Shown here piece after piece: positions 38,616 through 47,554 of a stretch of 64,000 bases of DNA (positions are counted from its first letter, which is position 1; the number at the start of each line of letters is the position of its first letter). The stretch is taken from the sequence record NZ_CP145916.1; one strand, written 5' to 3'. Under the pieces are notes generated by a model. The model was not told the DNA's origin. It saw only the letters and a list, made by a program, of their open reading frames with translations, and did not search any database. A program made the translations under genes and the position numbers. Source of the stretch: a plasmid.

Positions 38616-39293
38616 ATGTTCACTGAAACAATGGCCCTGATCTCTATTGCTATGTTTGCAATGCTGTTATATCGCGTTGAGTACATCCGGTTTTTAGCTC
38701 CACTCTGGATTGTTCTGTTTGTCGTGCTCAGTGGCAGAGCTGTCACCACATATGGTTTCTTTACTATTGTGGTGTTTGCGCTGCTGTTAATAGTATTTGT
38801 CCTCGACGCTATTCGAGTAAGCCGTAAAAAAGCTGAAAAAAATCGCGGAAAAAATGAAGATGATGATTCTGTCTCCATTTTTGACGAAGACGAAGATGAA
38901 AATGAGGATGAAAACTTATCCTCCCTGCCTCGCTTATCTGCCTCTGACGATGAAGAAACACCTAAGCAAAAAACTAAGCCAAAAAGAACCCGAATCACTG
39001 AGTATCAAGGTACTCTGCTGAGTCATGGTTTTGCTCCGTACAACAACATCATCGGTAATGACAAGTCTTACTTTGTTAATTGCGATGGTAAAACTGTTTG
39101 GGGTATCGGCTTAAAAGATGCGATTAAGAACTGTGGCGCTGAAAATGGTGACACTATTCGCTTTTATAAAGAAGGTGAAGTTCGCACCAAAAAAGCCACC
39201 ATTTATGATGATAAGGGAAACAAAACCGGCACACGCAATTTGTCTCAGGACAAACGTCGTGGTGTATGGATTATGGAAGTTGTTTCAGACTAA
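38616..39293 (+). CDS. membrane-anchored protein with acidic DEDEDENEDEN linker
   Basis: 2 TM helices, acidic spacer, C-terminal folded domain. Confidence 0.5.
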   Translation: MFTETMALISIAMFAMLLYRVEYIRFLAPLWIVLFVVLSGRAVTTYGFFTIVVFALLLIVFVLDAIRVSRKKAEKNRGKNEDDDSVSIFDEDEDENEDENLSSLPRLSASDDEETPKQKTKPKRTRITEYQGTLLSHGFAPYNNIIGNDKSYFVNCDGKTVWGIGLKDAIKNCGAENGDTIRFYKEGEVRTKKATIYDDKGNKTGTRNLSQDKRRGVWIMEVVSD

Positions 39294-39420
39294 TTCCTGC
39301 CTAACTCTATTAAATGTACAACATTCTGCCCAGACATTACGTTGGGCACTTAACTTACAAGTGATTGTCTCTGTTCGTTTTTTTTAATGAACAGGCATGA
39401 TCACAACAACCTCCTAAAAA

Positions 39421-39719
39421 CCCGGCCACTGGCTGGGTTTTTTTTTGCCTTGACCAAAGCCACCCTCTCCTTTAATCTTGCTGATGCGGTTAAACCGCCT
39501 AACTTCCGGCTAACGCCCTTAAAGCACCTTTGCAAGCAACTTCGGCCACCAGCCAACCCGAACAAAAAACAGTTTTGTTCTCACGGCTTACTCACGTCTA
39601 TACATACAGATTTCGATAGCCCGATGCCATTCATGGCTTCGGGTTTTTTTGTGCGTCGAGCAAGGTGTTTTTCCTCTTCTGAGGACATCGATGTGTTCAG
39701 GCATCTTCTCCTGAATGTT
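39421..39719 (+). repeat. hairpin-rich non-coding element, copy A (terminator + TTGACC-16-TTAATC promoter + ~190-nt structured segment + second terminator + conserved palindrome)
   Basis: ~85% identical to 44085-44397; reading frame not conserved between copies; compensatory changes in hairpins. Confidence 0.6.
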
Positions 39720-39794
39720 GTTCTTTATTATTTATTAATAAACAACTCCTAATAACCTCTATCAAATTTATTAACTCTATTAAATCTATTAACT

Positions 39795-39820
39795 CTATTA
39801 AATATATCAAATATATAAGG
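39795..39820 (+). promoter_or_regulatory. island promoter cassette copy 2, preceded by TATTAACTC/TATTAAATC tandem units
   Basis: CTATTAAATATATCAAATATATAAGG. Confidence 0.4.
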
Positions 39821-39828
39821 ATACTATC

Positions 39829-40362
39829 ATGTATTACGGAACCCTCGTTTCAGAAGGTGTCATTGATCTCGATGGCTTCACCATACACAACGCTGGCGAA
39901 TGCCCGTCCTGTAATGTTCTTGTCGACCACCGGCTTTATGAAAGCTGCTCGTATGGCTGCTTGAACCAGTGTCGCTCTATCGATTGTCCGGCTTGTGGTT
40001 ATCATTCCTGTGATGATGATTGCTGCTCAGCTTGCCATGCTCGCTCAGTAAAAGAAGAGTCTGAGGAATTGGCTATTTCTTATGGAATAACCAGTAACTC
40101 ACATGCGCTCTTGTTTTTAGCTGATATTGAAACTGAATTAATGATTTTATTTGCAAAGGCTAGAATTGATTTTCCAGACGCTTCTGCTGCTAACGCTGCA
40201 CCCAGAAGTTATATGGAACCAATAACTGACGTAGCCATCCGCTTACACGATTTCCACAAAATGCCCTACTCAGCATTACCTTCTTCAAAAGAAATTGTTT
40301 CCGTTTCATCCAGCCTCTTGAATGACATTTATATTCATCTTGGCTGGCCTGATGGTTTTTAA
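39829..40362 (+). CDS. Cys-rich (putative zinc-binding) hypothetical protein
   Basis: 13 Cys in residues 25-70 (CPSC...CSYGC...CRSIDCPACGYHSCDDDCCSAC). Confidence 0.5.
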   Translation: MYYGTLVSEGVIDLDGFTIHNAGECPSCNVLVDHRLYESCSYGCLNQCRSIDCPACGYHSCDDDCCSACHARSVKEESEELAISYGITSNSHALLFLADIETELMILFAKARIDFPDASAANAAPRSYMEPITDVAIRLHDFHKMPYSALPSSKEIVSVSSSLLNDIYIHLGWPDGF

Positions 40363-40380
40363 CTCATCCTTATTATCTTC

Positions 40381-40407
40381 CATAAATATATAAACTTATC
40401 GCGAGGT
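40381..40407 (+). promoter_or_regulatory. island promoter cassette copy 3
   Basis: CATAAATATATAAACTTATCGCGAGGT. Confidence 0.4.
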
Positions 40408-40414
40408 ACATATT

Positions 40415-41242
40415 ATGTTCTCTAAAGCCACTTTAATTGGTGTTGTCGGTCTTGAACCAAAATACAAACGCGCTGCTAATGGCAAAAAATCTGTAATTGC
40501 TTTTCGCATCGGTTGTGACGTATTAACAACATCCAAAAAAATAACTGAATGGTATTCAGTTAAGGCTTTTGGCTCTGTTGCTGATGATTTAATTAAGCAT
40601 ATAAAGGAAGGTTCAAATGTGTACCTCGAAGCCTCCATACGTTCAAGACGTTGGATCGCTGGTGGTGTTGAACGACATGGCATGGAATTTCATGCTTTTG
40701 TCGCACGCGTTATGCCTGAGCCTGTTGTCACTCATCATTCTCAAGCTGAAACGCTCTCTGCACCTCACTCTGATGCAAGTCTTACCTTAGCCTTACCCTT
40801 CCCAGAAGATGAGGCTATTGTTAATGCTCCTGTACCAGCTCAGTCCATCCAGCCAGCTCATTCTGAAAAGCCCAAACAGCCGTCTTCTCCGAAACCAAAG
40901 GAGTTAACTGCTGATGAAGCTCGTCAGGCTGGTTCACGTTTTCGTCAAATATTTGAAAGTCATAAACAACGTATCGCTGATTTAGCTACAGCTGCGCCTG
41001 CAACGGATGATCCTGCCCCTTTAAATCAAAGTAAGGCAATCGGTTTATCTGTTCAGCCTCCAGCTCCAGCTAATACACGTAAACTGCTCATTAAACATTG
41101 TAAATCTCCATCCTCTACGGAATTCCTCAGCACTGGAAATCCACACACGGATGCTCTGTTAAATGCTCGTAACGCATTAATCAGACCAGTAGATAACAAT
41201 GTAAATGAAATGGCAGGTTACGCGCATATTCGCGGAGATTAG
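40415..41242 (+). CDS. ssb: single-stranded DNA-binding protein (OB fold) with long low-complexity tail
   Basis: N-terminal ~110 aa align to SSB core (KITEWYSVKAFG...GSNVYLEASIRSRRW...FHAFVARVM); no canonical DDDIPF tail. Confidence 0.65.
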   Translation: MFSKATLIGVVGLEPKYKRAANGKKSVIAFRIGCDVLTTSKKITEWYSVKAFGSVADDLIKHIKEGSNVYLEASIRSRRWIAGGVERHGMEFHAFVARVMPEPVVTHHSQAETLSAPHSDASLTLALPFPEDEAIVNAPVPAQSIQPAHSEKPKQPSSPKPKELTADEARQAGSRFRQIFESHKQRIADLATAAPATDDPAPLNQSKAIGLSVQPPAPANTRKLLIKHCKSPSSTEFLSTGNPHTDALLNARNALIRPVDNNVNEMAGYAHIRGD

Positions 41243-41269
41243 TGAATGTTATTCACTTTAATCCGAAGC

Positions 41270-41302
41270 CAATGAAGCCACTCCCTGAGTGGCTTCGGCT
41301 TT
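41270..41302 (+). terminator. intrinsic terminator
   Basis: GAAGCCACTCCCTGAGTGGCTTCGGCTTTT. Confidence 0.65.
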
Positions 41303-41320
41303 TATATGTCAGTGTTAAAT

Positions 41321-41342
41321 TTATTAAATATATTAAATAAGG
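41321..41342 (+). promoter_or_regulatory. island promoter cassette copy 4
   Basis: TTATTAAATATATTAAATAAGG. Confidence 0.4.
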
Positions 41343-41350
41343 AATCTATC

Positions 41351-42883
41351 ATGGCTTACAACAATCAAAGTCGCAGCTCATACGATAATAAAAGTAACAG
41401 TAAAAAAGACACCAAAGCTAACCCGATGGTATTGCTTGATACTGCTACTCGACATCTCGTTACACTCGAAAAAGAGTTTACTGTTGCAGCATCGTGGAAC
41501 CCCTCTCTTTCCTTTGCGAAAGAAAGTGTTTTTGCGAAAAATGTAATAAACAACAATTCGTACCTCACTGAATTGGCTGTACAGAACCCGCAGTCATTTG
41601 GAACTGCTTTCCTCCAACTGGCTACAAGCGGCCTCTCACTTGATCCAGCCCTTAAACTGGCTTATCTAGTGCCTAGAATGGGTCGTGTTTTTCTCGATGT
41701 GTCTTACATTGGTCTAAGTCGTCTGGCTACCGATGAAGGGCTCTGTCAGGATATTGTTGTAGAGTTAGTCTTTACTGATGATTCCTTTAAATCTAATGGT
41801 CGTCGTCAAAGCCCTGAACACAGTTTCGATCCCTTCGCTGATAAAGGCCCGCTCCTTCTGACTTCAGAAGAAGAGAAGGCTTATACCGGTGAACGTCCAA
41901 GAGGTGTTTTTCGTGGCGTATATGTCGATTATCAAATGAAGGATGGCCGTAATCTCGTTTACTTCCTTACGAGACAAGAATTAGCAGCCGCTCGTTCTGT
42001 CTCAGATTCATGGAAAAAAACAGAAAAACGCGCACAATCTCCGTGGACAACATTTCCGTGGCAAATGGTAAGAAAGTCGGCTATTAAGCAGACTATCCAC
42101 CAGATCCCCGGTAATCGCACGCGTGTTGCTACCATTATCGATTATCTTAACAAAGATGGCGGTGAAGGTTTCCGTGACACAAATGCTACTCCACTCCAGT
42201 CTGCCCAATATGAAATGTCTGCTCGTCAAGCAGCTGCAAATCATGATGTTCAGCCTGAAAACTCAGAACAACAACCTGTCTCATCTGGAAATGTTTACGA
42301 GGGACAAGTTGTTACCCCTGAACCTCAGCAGACACAAACTGATGTACAGCACAAACCCGCGTCACAGGCATCAGAAGAACCTCAGCCACCCCATGCAGCT
42401 CAAAATTCTGAGTCTACAGATGGTGCTCAGGCAATGTCTGATATTCCCGGTGTCCGTGTTTATGCACAAAGACGCATCGCAAAAATCATTAAACGCGCCA
42501 GCATTCAAATGGCTTTTGAAACGTCAATATCTGTTATCAAAACTGAATTTGAATTTAATGAAACTGAAATTGCGTATGGTCTTCGCTTAATAGAGGAATC
42601 GCGCCGTAATATTCTTCAAGCAAAGTTAATACTTGGCATAGAGAATAATGACTATAGCGAACTTGATAAATTTCTTGGAAAACTTGCCGTTTGTGAATTC
42701 AAGACTAAATCTCTTGAGTTTACTCAGGAAATCAGAGCAATAGCTGATGACCTGCACGCTCTTTATGAAGCGGCTAAAGAAACCAACAACTTCACTGCAT
42801 TTTACTCCACGCTAGAAACCGTCACTTTCAATCCACTGCGAAAGTATTGGGATGGAATTATTGCGTCGGAAAAAGCAGCTTAA
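41351..42883 (+). CDS. recT: RecT/Bet-family single-strand annealing protein
   Basis: RecT core pattern FLQLATSGLSLDP...AYLVPRMG...YIGLSRL; long acidic/Q-rich C-terminal extension. Confidence 0.7.
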   Translation: MAYNNQSRSSYDNKSNSKKDTKANPMVLLDTATRHLVTLEKEFTVAASWNPSLSFAKESVFAKNVINNNSYLTELAVQNPQSFGTAFLQLATSGLSLDPALKLAYLVPRMGRVFLDVSYIGLSRLATDEGLCQDIVVELVFTDDSFKSNGRRQSPEHSFDPFADKGPLLLTSEEEKAYTGERPRGVFRGVYVDYQMKDGRNLVYFLTRQELAAARSVSDSWKKTEKRAQSPWTTFPWQMVRKSAIKQTIHQIPGNRTRVATIIDYLNKDGGEGFRDTNATPLQSAQYEMSARQAAANHDVQPENSEQQPVSSGNVYEGQVVTPEPQQTQTDVQHKPASQASEEPQPPHAAQNSESTDGAQAMSDIPGVRVYAQRRIAKIIKRASIQMAFETSISVIKTEFEFNETEIAYGLRLIEESRRNILQAKLILGIENNDYSELDKFLGKLAVCEFKTKSLEFTQEIRAIADDLHALYEAAKETNNFTAFYSTLETVTFNPLRKYWDGIIASEKAA

Positions 42884-42887
42884 ACAT

Positions 42888-42910
42888 AACCGGCTAATTT
42901 AGCCGGTTTT
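42888..42910 (+). terminator. intrinsic terminator
   Basis: AACCGGCTAATTTAGCCGGTTTT. Confidence 0.65.
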
Positions 42911-42938
42911 CTATTAAATATATAAACTTATCGAAGGT
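42911..42938 (+). promoter_or_regulatory. island promoter cassette copy 5
   Basis: CTATTAAATATATAAACTTATCGAAGGT. Confidence 0.4.
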
Positions 42939-42945
42939 AAATATC

Positions 42946-44073
42946 ATGGATTCAGTAATGGTTGTAGTTGATTGTGAACAAGGTACTCCCGAATGGCTTG
43001 AATGGCGTAAAAGTGGTGTTACCGCGACCTGCTCACCTATCTTGATGGGATCAGAAAGCGCACTAAAAACGCCGTATCAGTTATACCTACAGTATGTTGG
43101 CCTGCTTGCACCAGAAGACCTTTCCGCTATCAAACAAGTTCGTGCTGGGAATCTTAATGAACCCCTTGCTCGCGCTTGGGCCGAAAGAAAATATGGGCAA
43201 ATTAGCCTGCCTCTGTGTGTTAGTCATCGTGATTATCCCTACATGATCGCCTCACTGGACGGTCAGTTTGATGACGGGTATTTACTGGAGATAAAAAATC
43301 TTTCTGCACAAAAGCATTTGGATATTCTGAAACTTAAAAATAATTCGCCAGACTTTAAATACTATTACTGGCAAGTTCAGCACCAGCTCTTCGTTACTGG
43401 AGCGCCCGGTGCTTATCTTCTGTTTTGGTCAGCTAAAGATGAGCCAGTCGTGTTTAAGCTCCTTCCAAATCCCAAGGCCCATGACGAATTACTTCGTCGT
43501 GGAACTGATTTTTGGAACGGTGTTCAAAACAAGGTTGCCCCACCTTTTGACAAGACAAAAGATGTTTTGCTTATTTCAGATGCTGAGATCGTAAAACAAA
43601 CTCCCGGCTTTACTGTTCCCGATGACCTCGCTGTTCGTGTTGCTAACCTTAGCAATCACTCTAAGGCATTGGAAAAAGCTAAAGCAGAAGTTGAACGTCT
43701 CGACAAGTTAACAAAGGCGCACCTTTCTGGCCTTGCTGACGCGTTGGGCTTTCTTCCTGATGACCTTATCCGTCTCGACGGTTTCGGTGTCAGGTATGTT
43801 GAAAGTATCTCCAAAGGTGCGACCAATTGGAAAAGCCTTGCGTACAAGCTTGATCCTAATCTTGTCCCTGAGCAACATCCCGATTGCGTCAATAACGAAA
43901 AAAGAACCTCTCGGTTGACTAATTACGAGTACGTGCCCACATCATCGGACACAATACCTGTGATTGTCCCTGATAGTGTACAGAACGCTTCTTCTGCTGT
44001 TATTCAACAAGCACAAGACGCCTCTAGTGATACTGATAGCCTCAGTGTCTCAGGCGGTGTAACGCTGTTCTAA
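42946..44073 (+). CDS. exo: YqaJ-type (lambda-Exo-like) recombination exonuclease
   Basis: N-terminal QGTPEWLEWRKSGVTATCSPILMGSESALKTPYQLY pattern of YqaJ domain; partner of recT. Confidence 0.65.
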   Translation: MDSVMVVVDCEQGTPEWLEWRKSGVTATCSPILMGSESALKTPYQLYLQYVGLLAPEDLSAIKQVRAGNLNEPLARAWAERKYGQISLPLCVSHRDYPYMIASLDGQFDDGYLLEIKNLSAQKHLDILKLKNNSPDFKYYYWQVQHQLFVTGAPGAYLLFWSAKDEPVVFKLLPNPKAHDELLRRGTDFWNGVQNKVAPPFDKTKDVLLISDAEIVKQTPGFTVPDDLAVRVANLSNHSKALEKAKAEVERLDKLTKAHLSGLADALGFLPDDLIRLDGFGVRYVESISKGATNWKSLAYKLDPNLVPEQHPDCVNNEKRTSRLTNYEYVPTSSDTIPVIVPDSVQNASSAVIQQAQDASSDTDSLSVSGGVTLF

Positions 44074-44084
44074 CCCCACATTAA

Positions 44085-44397
44085 CCCTGCTTCGGCAGGG
44101 TTTTTTTTTGCCTTGACCAATTACTGCATCTCAATTAATCTAGTGCTTGCGGTTAATCCGCCTGCGGTTAAACCGCCTAACTTCCGGCTAACGCCCTTAA
44201 AGCACCTTGATAAGCAACTTCGGCCACCAAGCCAACCCGAACAAAAACAGTTTTTGTTCTCACGGCTTCTTCACGTCTATACATACAGAATTCGATAGCC
44301 CGGTGCCTTTAAGGCTTCGGGTTTTTTTGTGCGTCGAACAAGGTGTTTTTCCTCTACTGAGGATACAAGTGTGTTCAGGCACTTTCTCCTGAATGTT
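44085..44397 (+). repeat. hairpin-rich non-coding element, copy B
   Basis: see copy A; promoter geometry TTGACC-16-TTAATC conserved although spacer sequence differs. Confidence 0.6.
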
Positions 44398-44402
44398 TTA
44401 TC

Positions 44403-44420
44403 CATTAAATATATTAAATC
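44403..44420 (+). promoter_or_regulatory. island promoter cassette copy 6
   Basis: CATTAAATATATTAAATC. Confidence 0.35.
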
Positions 44421-44454
44421 ATATTAAATCATATCAAATCTATCTGGAGTCAAC

Positions 44455-44835
44455 ATGGCTAAGTACATCAACCTAACAACCTATCGCGCAAGCCCTTCTC
44501 AGCGTGAATTAGGTGTTATTGATATCAATGGGAATATTGCATCTGCTCTGTCAGAGTTGCTTTCTTTTCATTTTGCGCCACAAAAAGGTGAAATGTTGGT
44601 AAAGGCAAATTCTATTGCTGATATCGCTTATAACCTGAGTGTCGAAAACGAAACGCCTAACGTTTTAATTAACGCTAAAGCCTTTTTCATTCCCACTCTC
44701 GTTGCAGCCTTGCAGTCCCGAGGTCTTGTACCTTTTTATACATTTGCTCAACGTTCCACAACCGTCAAAGACGGCACTGTTTTAGAAAAGACGTATATTC
44801 ACAAGAATATTGTTGAATGTTCGCCTGAAATTTAA
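44455..44835 (+). CDS. hypothetical protein
   Basis: GGAG SD; no family recognised. Confidence 0.5.
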   Translation: MAKYINLTTYRASPSQRELGVIDINGNIASALSELLSFHFAPQKGEMLVKANSIADIAYNLSVENETPNVLINAKAFFIPTLVAALQSRGLVPFYTFAQRSTTVKDGTVLEKTYIHKNIVECSPEI

Positions 44836-44878
44836 CAGTTAGACTCCATAATTTATTAACTCTATTAACTCTATCAAA

Positions 44879-44904
44879 TCTATTAAATATATAAACTTAT
44901 AAGG
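44879..44904 (+). promoter_or_regulatory. island promoter cassette copy 7, preceded by TATTAACTC tandem units
   Basis: CTATTAAATATATAAACTTATAAGGT. Confidence 0.4.
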
Positions 44905-44912
44905 TAAATCTC

Positions 44913-45944
44913 ATGACAAACGTAAATACTATCGCTGCTGATGCTCTGGTTCGTAACGCTGTTGTTTCACCTGCATTGTTTGGAATCACTATCCCAGCCA
45001 ACACAAAAGTCAACGGGTTCCCTAGCTTCCCTGTCGGTCATGTTTTTCAGGATTATGTCCCTAATCATGATGCTGACTATGTTTTTGAAGCTGAGGTTCG
45101 TCAGGCGACTCTTATGTGGTTCAACTATCCATTGGATACTGCTCTTTGGTTATCTGGCCCTACTGGTTGTGGTAAAAGTAGCATCGTCGAACAGATTGCT
45201 AACCGTTTCAACTGGCCCGTGATGAAAGTCACTGCCTTCCCTGAAATGGACATCAGCACTCAGATCGGCAGTCTTCGGATTACTTCTGATCCATTGACCG
45301 GTGATACAAAAACGGTATTCGTTCATGGCCCTCTGGCTTTGGCGTATAAATATGGCATGGTTTACCTGCTGGACGAATATGACCAGCTTGAAAGTTCATG
45401 TGCTAATGCTTTTAACACTGTCCTTGAAGGCGGTAATTTAATTATCGCTGAAACTGGTGAAGTTATTAAAAAGCATGAAAATTTCCGTTTTGTTGCAACT
45501 GCCAACTCGATTGGTCAGGGTGATATGACTGGAATGTATGGTGGCGTTAAAATGCAGAACACGGCCAACCTTGACCGTTATATGTTTGTTAACACTACTT
45601 ACATGGCTCCAGATGTTGAAAAGAATATCGTGATGAAATATATCCCTGATGAAACCATTGCCAGCAAGTTTGTTTCGATTGCTAATCAGATTCGTAAACT
45701 GCATGTTGGTACTGAATTATCATCTGATGATGTGTTATCGCAAAATTCACCTCGACTATCTGTAACGTGCTCCACCCGTTCGCTCAAACGTTGGGTTTCT
45801 CGTTTCGCTATGATGAAACAAAACAAAATGCCCGGTGCCCTGATGAAATCTTTTGATCTTCATATTGGAAATCGCGCACCAACTGATGAGAAAAAGGCTC
45901 TCCATGCAATTATTGAGTCTACGTTCGGTAGTTTAGCTTCTTAA
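44913..45944 (+). CDS. CobS/MoxR-like AAA+ ATPase
   Basis: Walker A GPTGCGKSS, Walker B YLLDEYD; size ~340 aa as in CobS-like plasmid/phage proteins. Confidence 0.7.
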   Translation: MTNVNTIAADALVRNAVVSPALFGITIPANTKVNGFPSFPVGHVFQDYVPNHDADYVFEAEVRQATLMWFNYPLDTALWLSGPTGCGKSSIVEQIANRFNWPVMKVTAFPEMDISTQIGSLRITSDPLTGDTKTVFVHGPLALAYKYGMVYLLDEYDQLESSCANAFNTVLEGGNLIIAETGEVIKKHENFRFVATANSIGQGDMTGMYGGVKMQNTANLDRYMFVNTTYMAPDVEKNIVMKYIPDETIASKFVSIANQIRKLHVGTELSSDDVLSQNSPRLSVTCSTRSLKRWVSRFAMMKQNKMPGALMKSFDLHIGNRAPTDEKKALHAIIESTFGSLAS

Positions 45945-46016
45945 TCCCTGCCTTATCCGCTTCACCCCCTTCTGCACAAAACCTATGAGCGCATTTATTT
46001 GCGCTCCATAAACTTT

Positions 46017-46043
46017 CTATTAAATATATAAATATATCGAGGT
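46017..46043 (+). promoter_or_regulatory. island promoter cassette copy 8
   Basis: CTATTAAATATATAAATATATCGAGGT. Confidence 0.4.
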
Positions 46044-46048
46044 CTAAA

Positions 46049-47482
46049 ATGACTAACTCAACTACAAATGTAAACAACGTTCTTGAATCCCTTATCCTTG
46101 TGTCTTTATCTGAAATCCACGGTATTAGTGGACGTAAGAAATTAACGCGCTCTGATTTTGGGGTCGGTGTCGATTTGCCACCAGATGTTATTGTGTCACT
46201 CGGCTCTAAAAAGATAATTGATCCTCAACTCCTGAATCCGTTCAACCAATATAAGTCAAGAGCTCACGCTCTTTGTTCTGCTGTTGGTGTCCGGTTCCTT
46301 GGCGGTTATGCTGTTCCTGCTGATCGAGTTAATGATTTAATTTCCGAACTGAACGATGTTAAAACAGAGTTCTACATCTATAAGAATACATTCCTGCAAT
46401 CCAATTTCACTCGCTGGATAGATAACTGCGATGAGAAATATCGGGATATTATTCGTGATGGTGCCAAACTTGACATAAAGTACATGGACGAGCAAATCCA
46501 GTTTGGATTCACTGCTATCCATATTACACCGTATGGCAACTCTGTAATTCAAGACGGTATTGCTGCACAGGTTAAAAGTCTTAGCGATGAAGTTTTTGAA
46601 GATGTATCTCGTATGATTGAAAAGTTCTTGGGCAACTTAAACAAAGAAGCTTTCACTCAACATACGATTAAGCCTCTCCGCAGAACAGCGGAAAAGCTTG
46701 CATCTTTGGGCTTTATTTCAGACAGCGTTAATAATCTTTCAGTCTATATGAATGAAGTGCTTAGCGACGTTCCTGTTTCTGGCAAAGTAACTGGCCGTAA
46801 ATATTCAGATATCTTGTCTCTGTTAAACAATCTTCGTGATCCAGAACGAGCTCAATCATTTATTGATTTGCTCAATAAGGATTCAACGGCTAATCCAGCT
46901 GACGATAATTCTTTTATCGATTTGTCTGGTACTTCTGTAACTGCTCCTGATCCTGTTGTTCCTGCTCATCAGAATGAACCTGTTGTTACCCCTGTCCCGT
47001 CACCAGCTCCTGTAGCTGTTGATAAAAACTTGGTTGATACCAGCTCATATGTTCCTGATGACTTCTATGCAGATAGCGTTTCTGTTGTAGAAGAGTTTGC
47101 GACTCCTGTAGTTGCGCCTGTAGTTGCTCCAGAAAAATCAGTTGTAGTTCAACCTTCTGAGTCTGTTTCTCGTGCTGATGACGGTTTTGCCACTGACTTA
47201 CCTTTTGGTGATGAAGTGACTGTTGAAACTGTTTTAGAGACGTCACCTGCTCCAGTCGCTTCTGCTTCTGCTGCTGTTGATGTCCCGGTTGTTTCAGCCC
47301 CTGCGGTTGAGACTCCGGCTCCGGTTGCTCCTGCTGCCGTAGTATCTGACGCGCCTGCTGCTGTTGAAGGTTTTGTCGATGTTGTCGTTGTTGATGCCGA
47401 TCTCGAAGCCAGCATTAACCCTGTCGCTCATGCGCCAGACGTTAATCTGACTGTTGAAGATGATGGGATTTTCCTGTTCTAA
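46049..47482 (+). CDS. hypothetical protein with Pro/Val/Ala-rich repetitive C-terminal third
   Basis: ORF between ATPase and vWA genes; C-terminal PVVAPV-type repeats. Confidence 0.5.
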   Translation: MTNSTTNVNNVLESLILVSLSEIHGISGRKKLTRSDFGVGVDLPPDVIVSLGSKKIIDPQLLNPFNQYKSRAHALCSAVGVRFLGGYAVPADRVNDLISELNDVKTEFYIYKNTFLQSNFTRWIDNCDEKYRDIIRDGAKLDIKYMDEQIQFGFTAIHITPYGNSVIQDGIAAQVKSLSDEVFEDVSRMIEKFLGNLNKEAFTQHTIKPLRRTAEKLASLGFISDSVNNLSVYMNEVLSDVPVSGKVTGRKYSDILSLLNNLRDPERAQSFIDLLNKDSTANPADDNSFIDLSGTSVTAPDPVVPAHQNEPVVTPVPSPAPVAVDKNLVDTSSYVPDDFYADSVSVVEEFATPVVAPVVAPEKSVVVQPSESVSRADDGFATDLPFGDEVTVETVLETSPAPVASASAAVDVPVVSAPAVETPAPVAPAAVVSDAPAAVEGFVDVVVVDADLEASINPVAHAPDVNLTVEDDGIFLF

Positions 47483-47485
47483 ATA

Positions 47486-47515
47486 AAAAGGCCCAATTTA
47501 TGGGCCATTTTTTTA
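47486..47515 (+). terminator. intrinsic terminator
   Basis: AAAAAGGCCCAATTTATGGGCCATTTTTTT. Confidence 0.7.
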
Positions 47516-47517
47516 AT

Positions 47518-47548
47518 CATTTAAATATATAAATTTATCTATCGAGGT
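47518..47548 (+). promoter_or_regulatory. island promoter cassette copy 9
   Basis: CATTTAAATATATAAATTTATCTATCGAGGT. Confidence 0.4.
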
Positions 47549-47554
47549 TTACTA

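Noticed and set aside
39387-39752. 121-aa ORF covering repeat copy A (and 44113-44298 / 44207-44392 over copy B)
   Set aside because: The two copies of the element do not conserve reading frame (an indel splits copy B into two frames), while hairpins are conserved with compensatory changes. The element is non-coding.
39421-44397. MITE/IS interpretation of the ~300-bp duplicated element
   Set aside because: No terminal inverted repeats or target-site duplications at either copy's borders; both copies are in the same orientation at equivalent intergenic positions and begin with functional-looking terminators.
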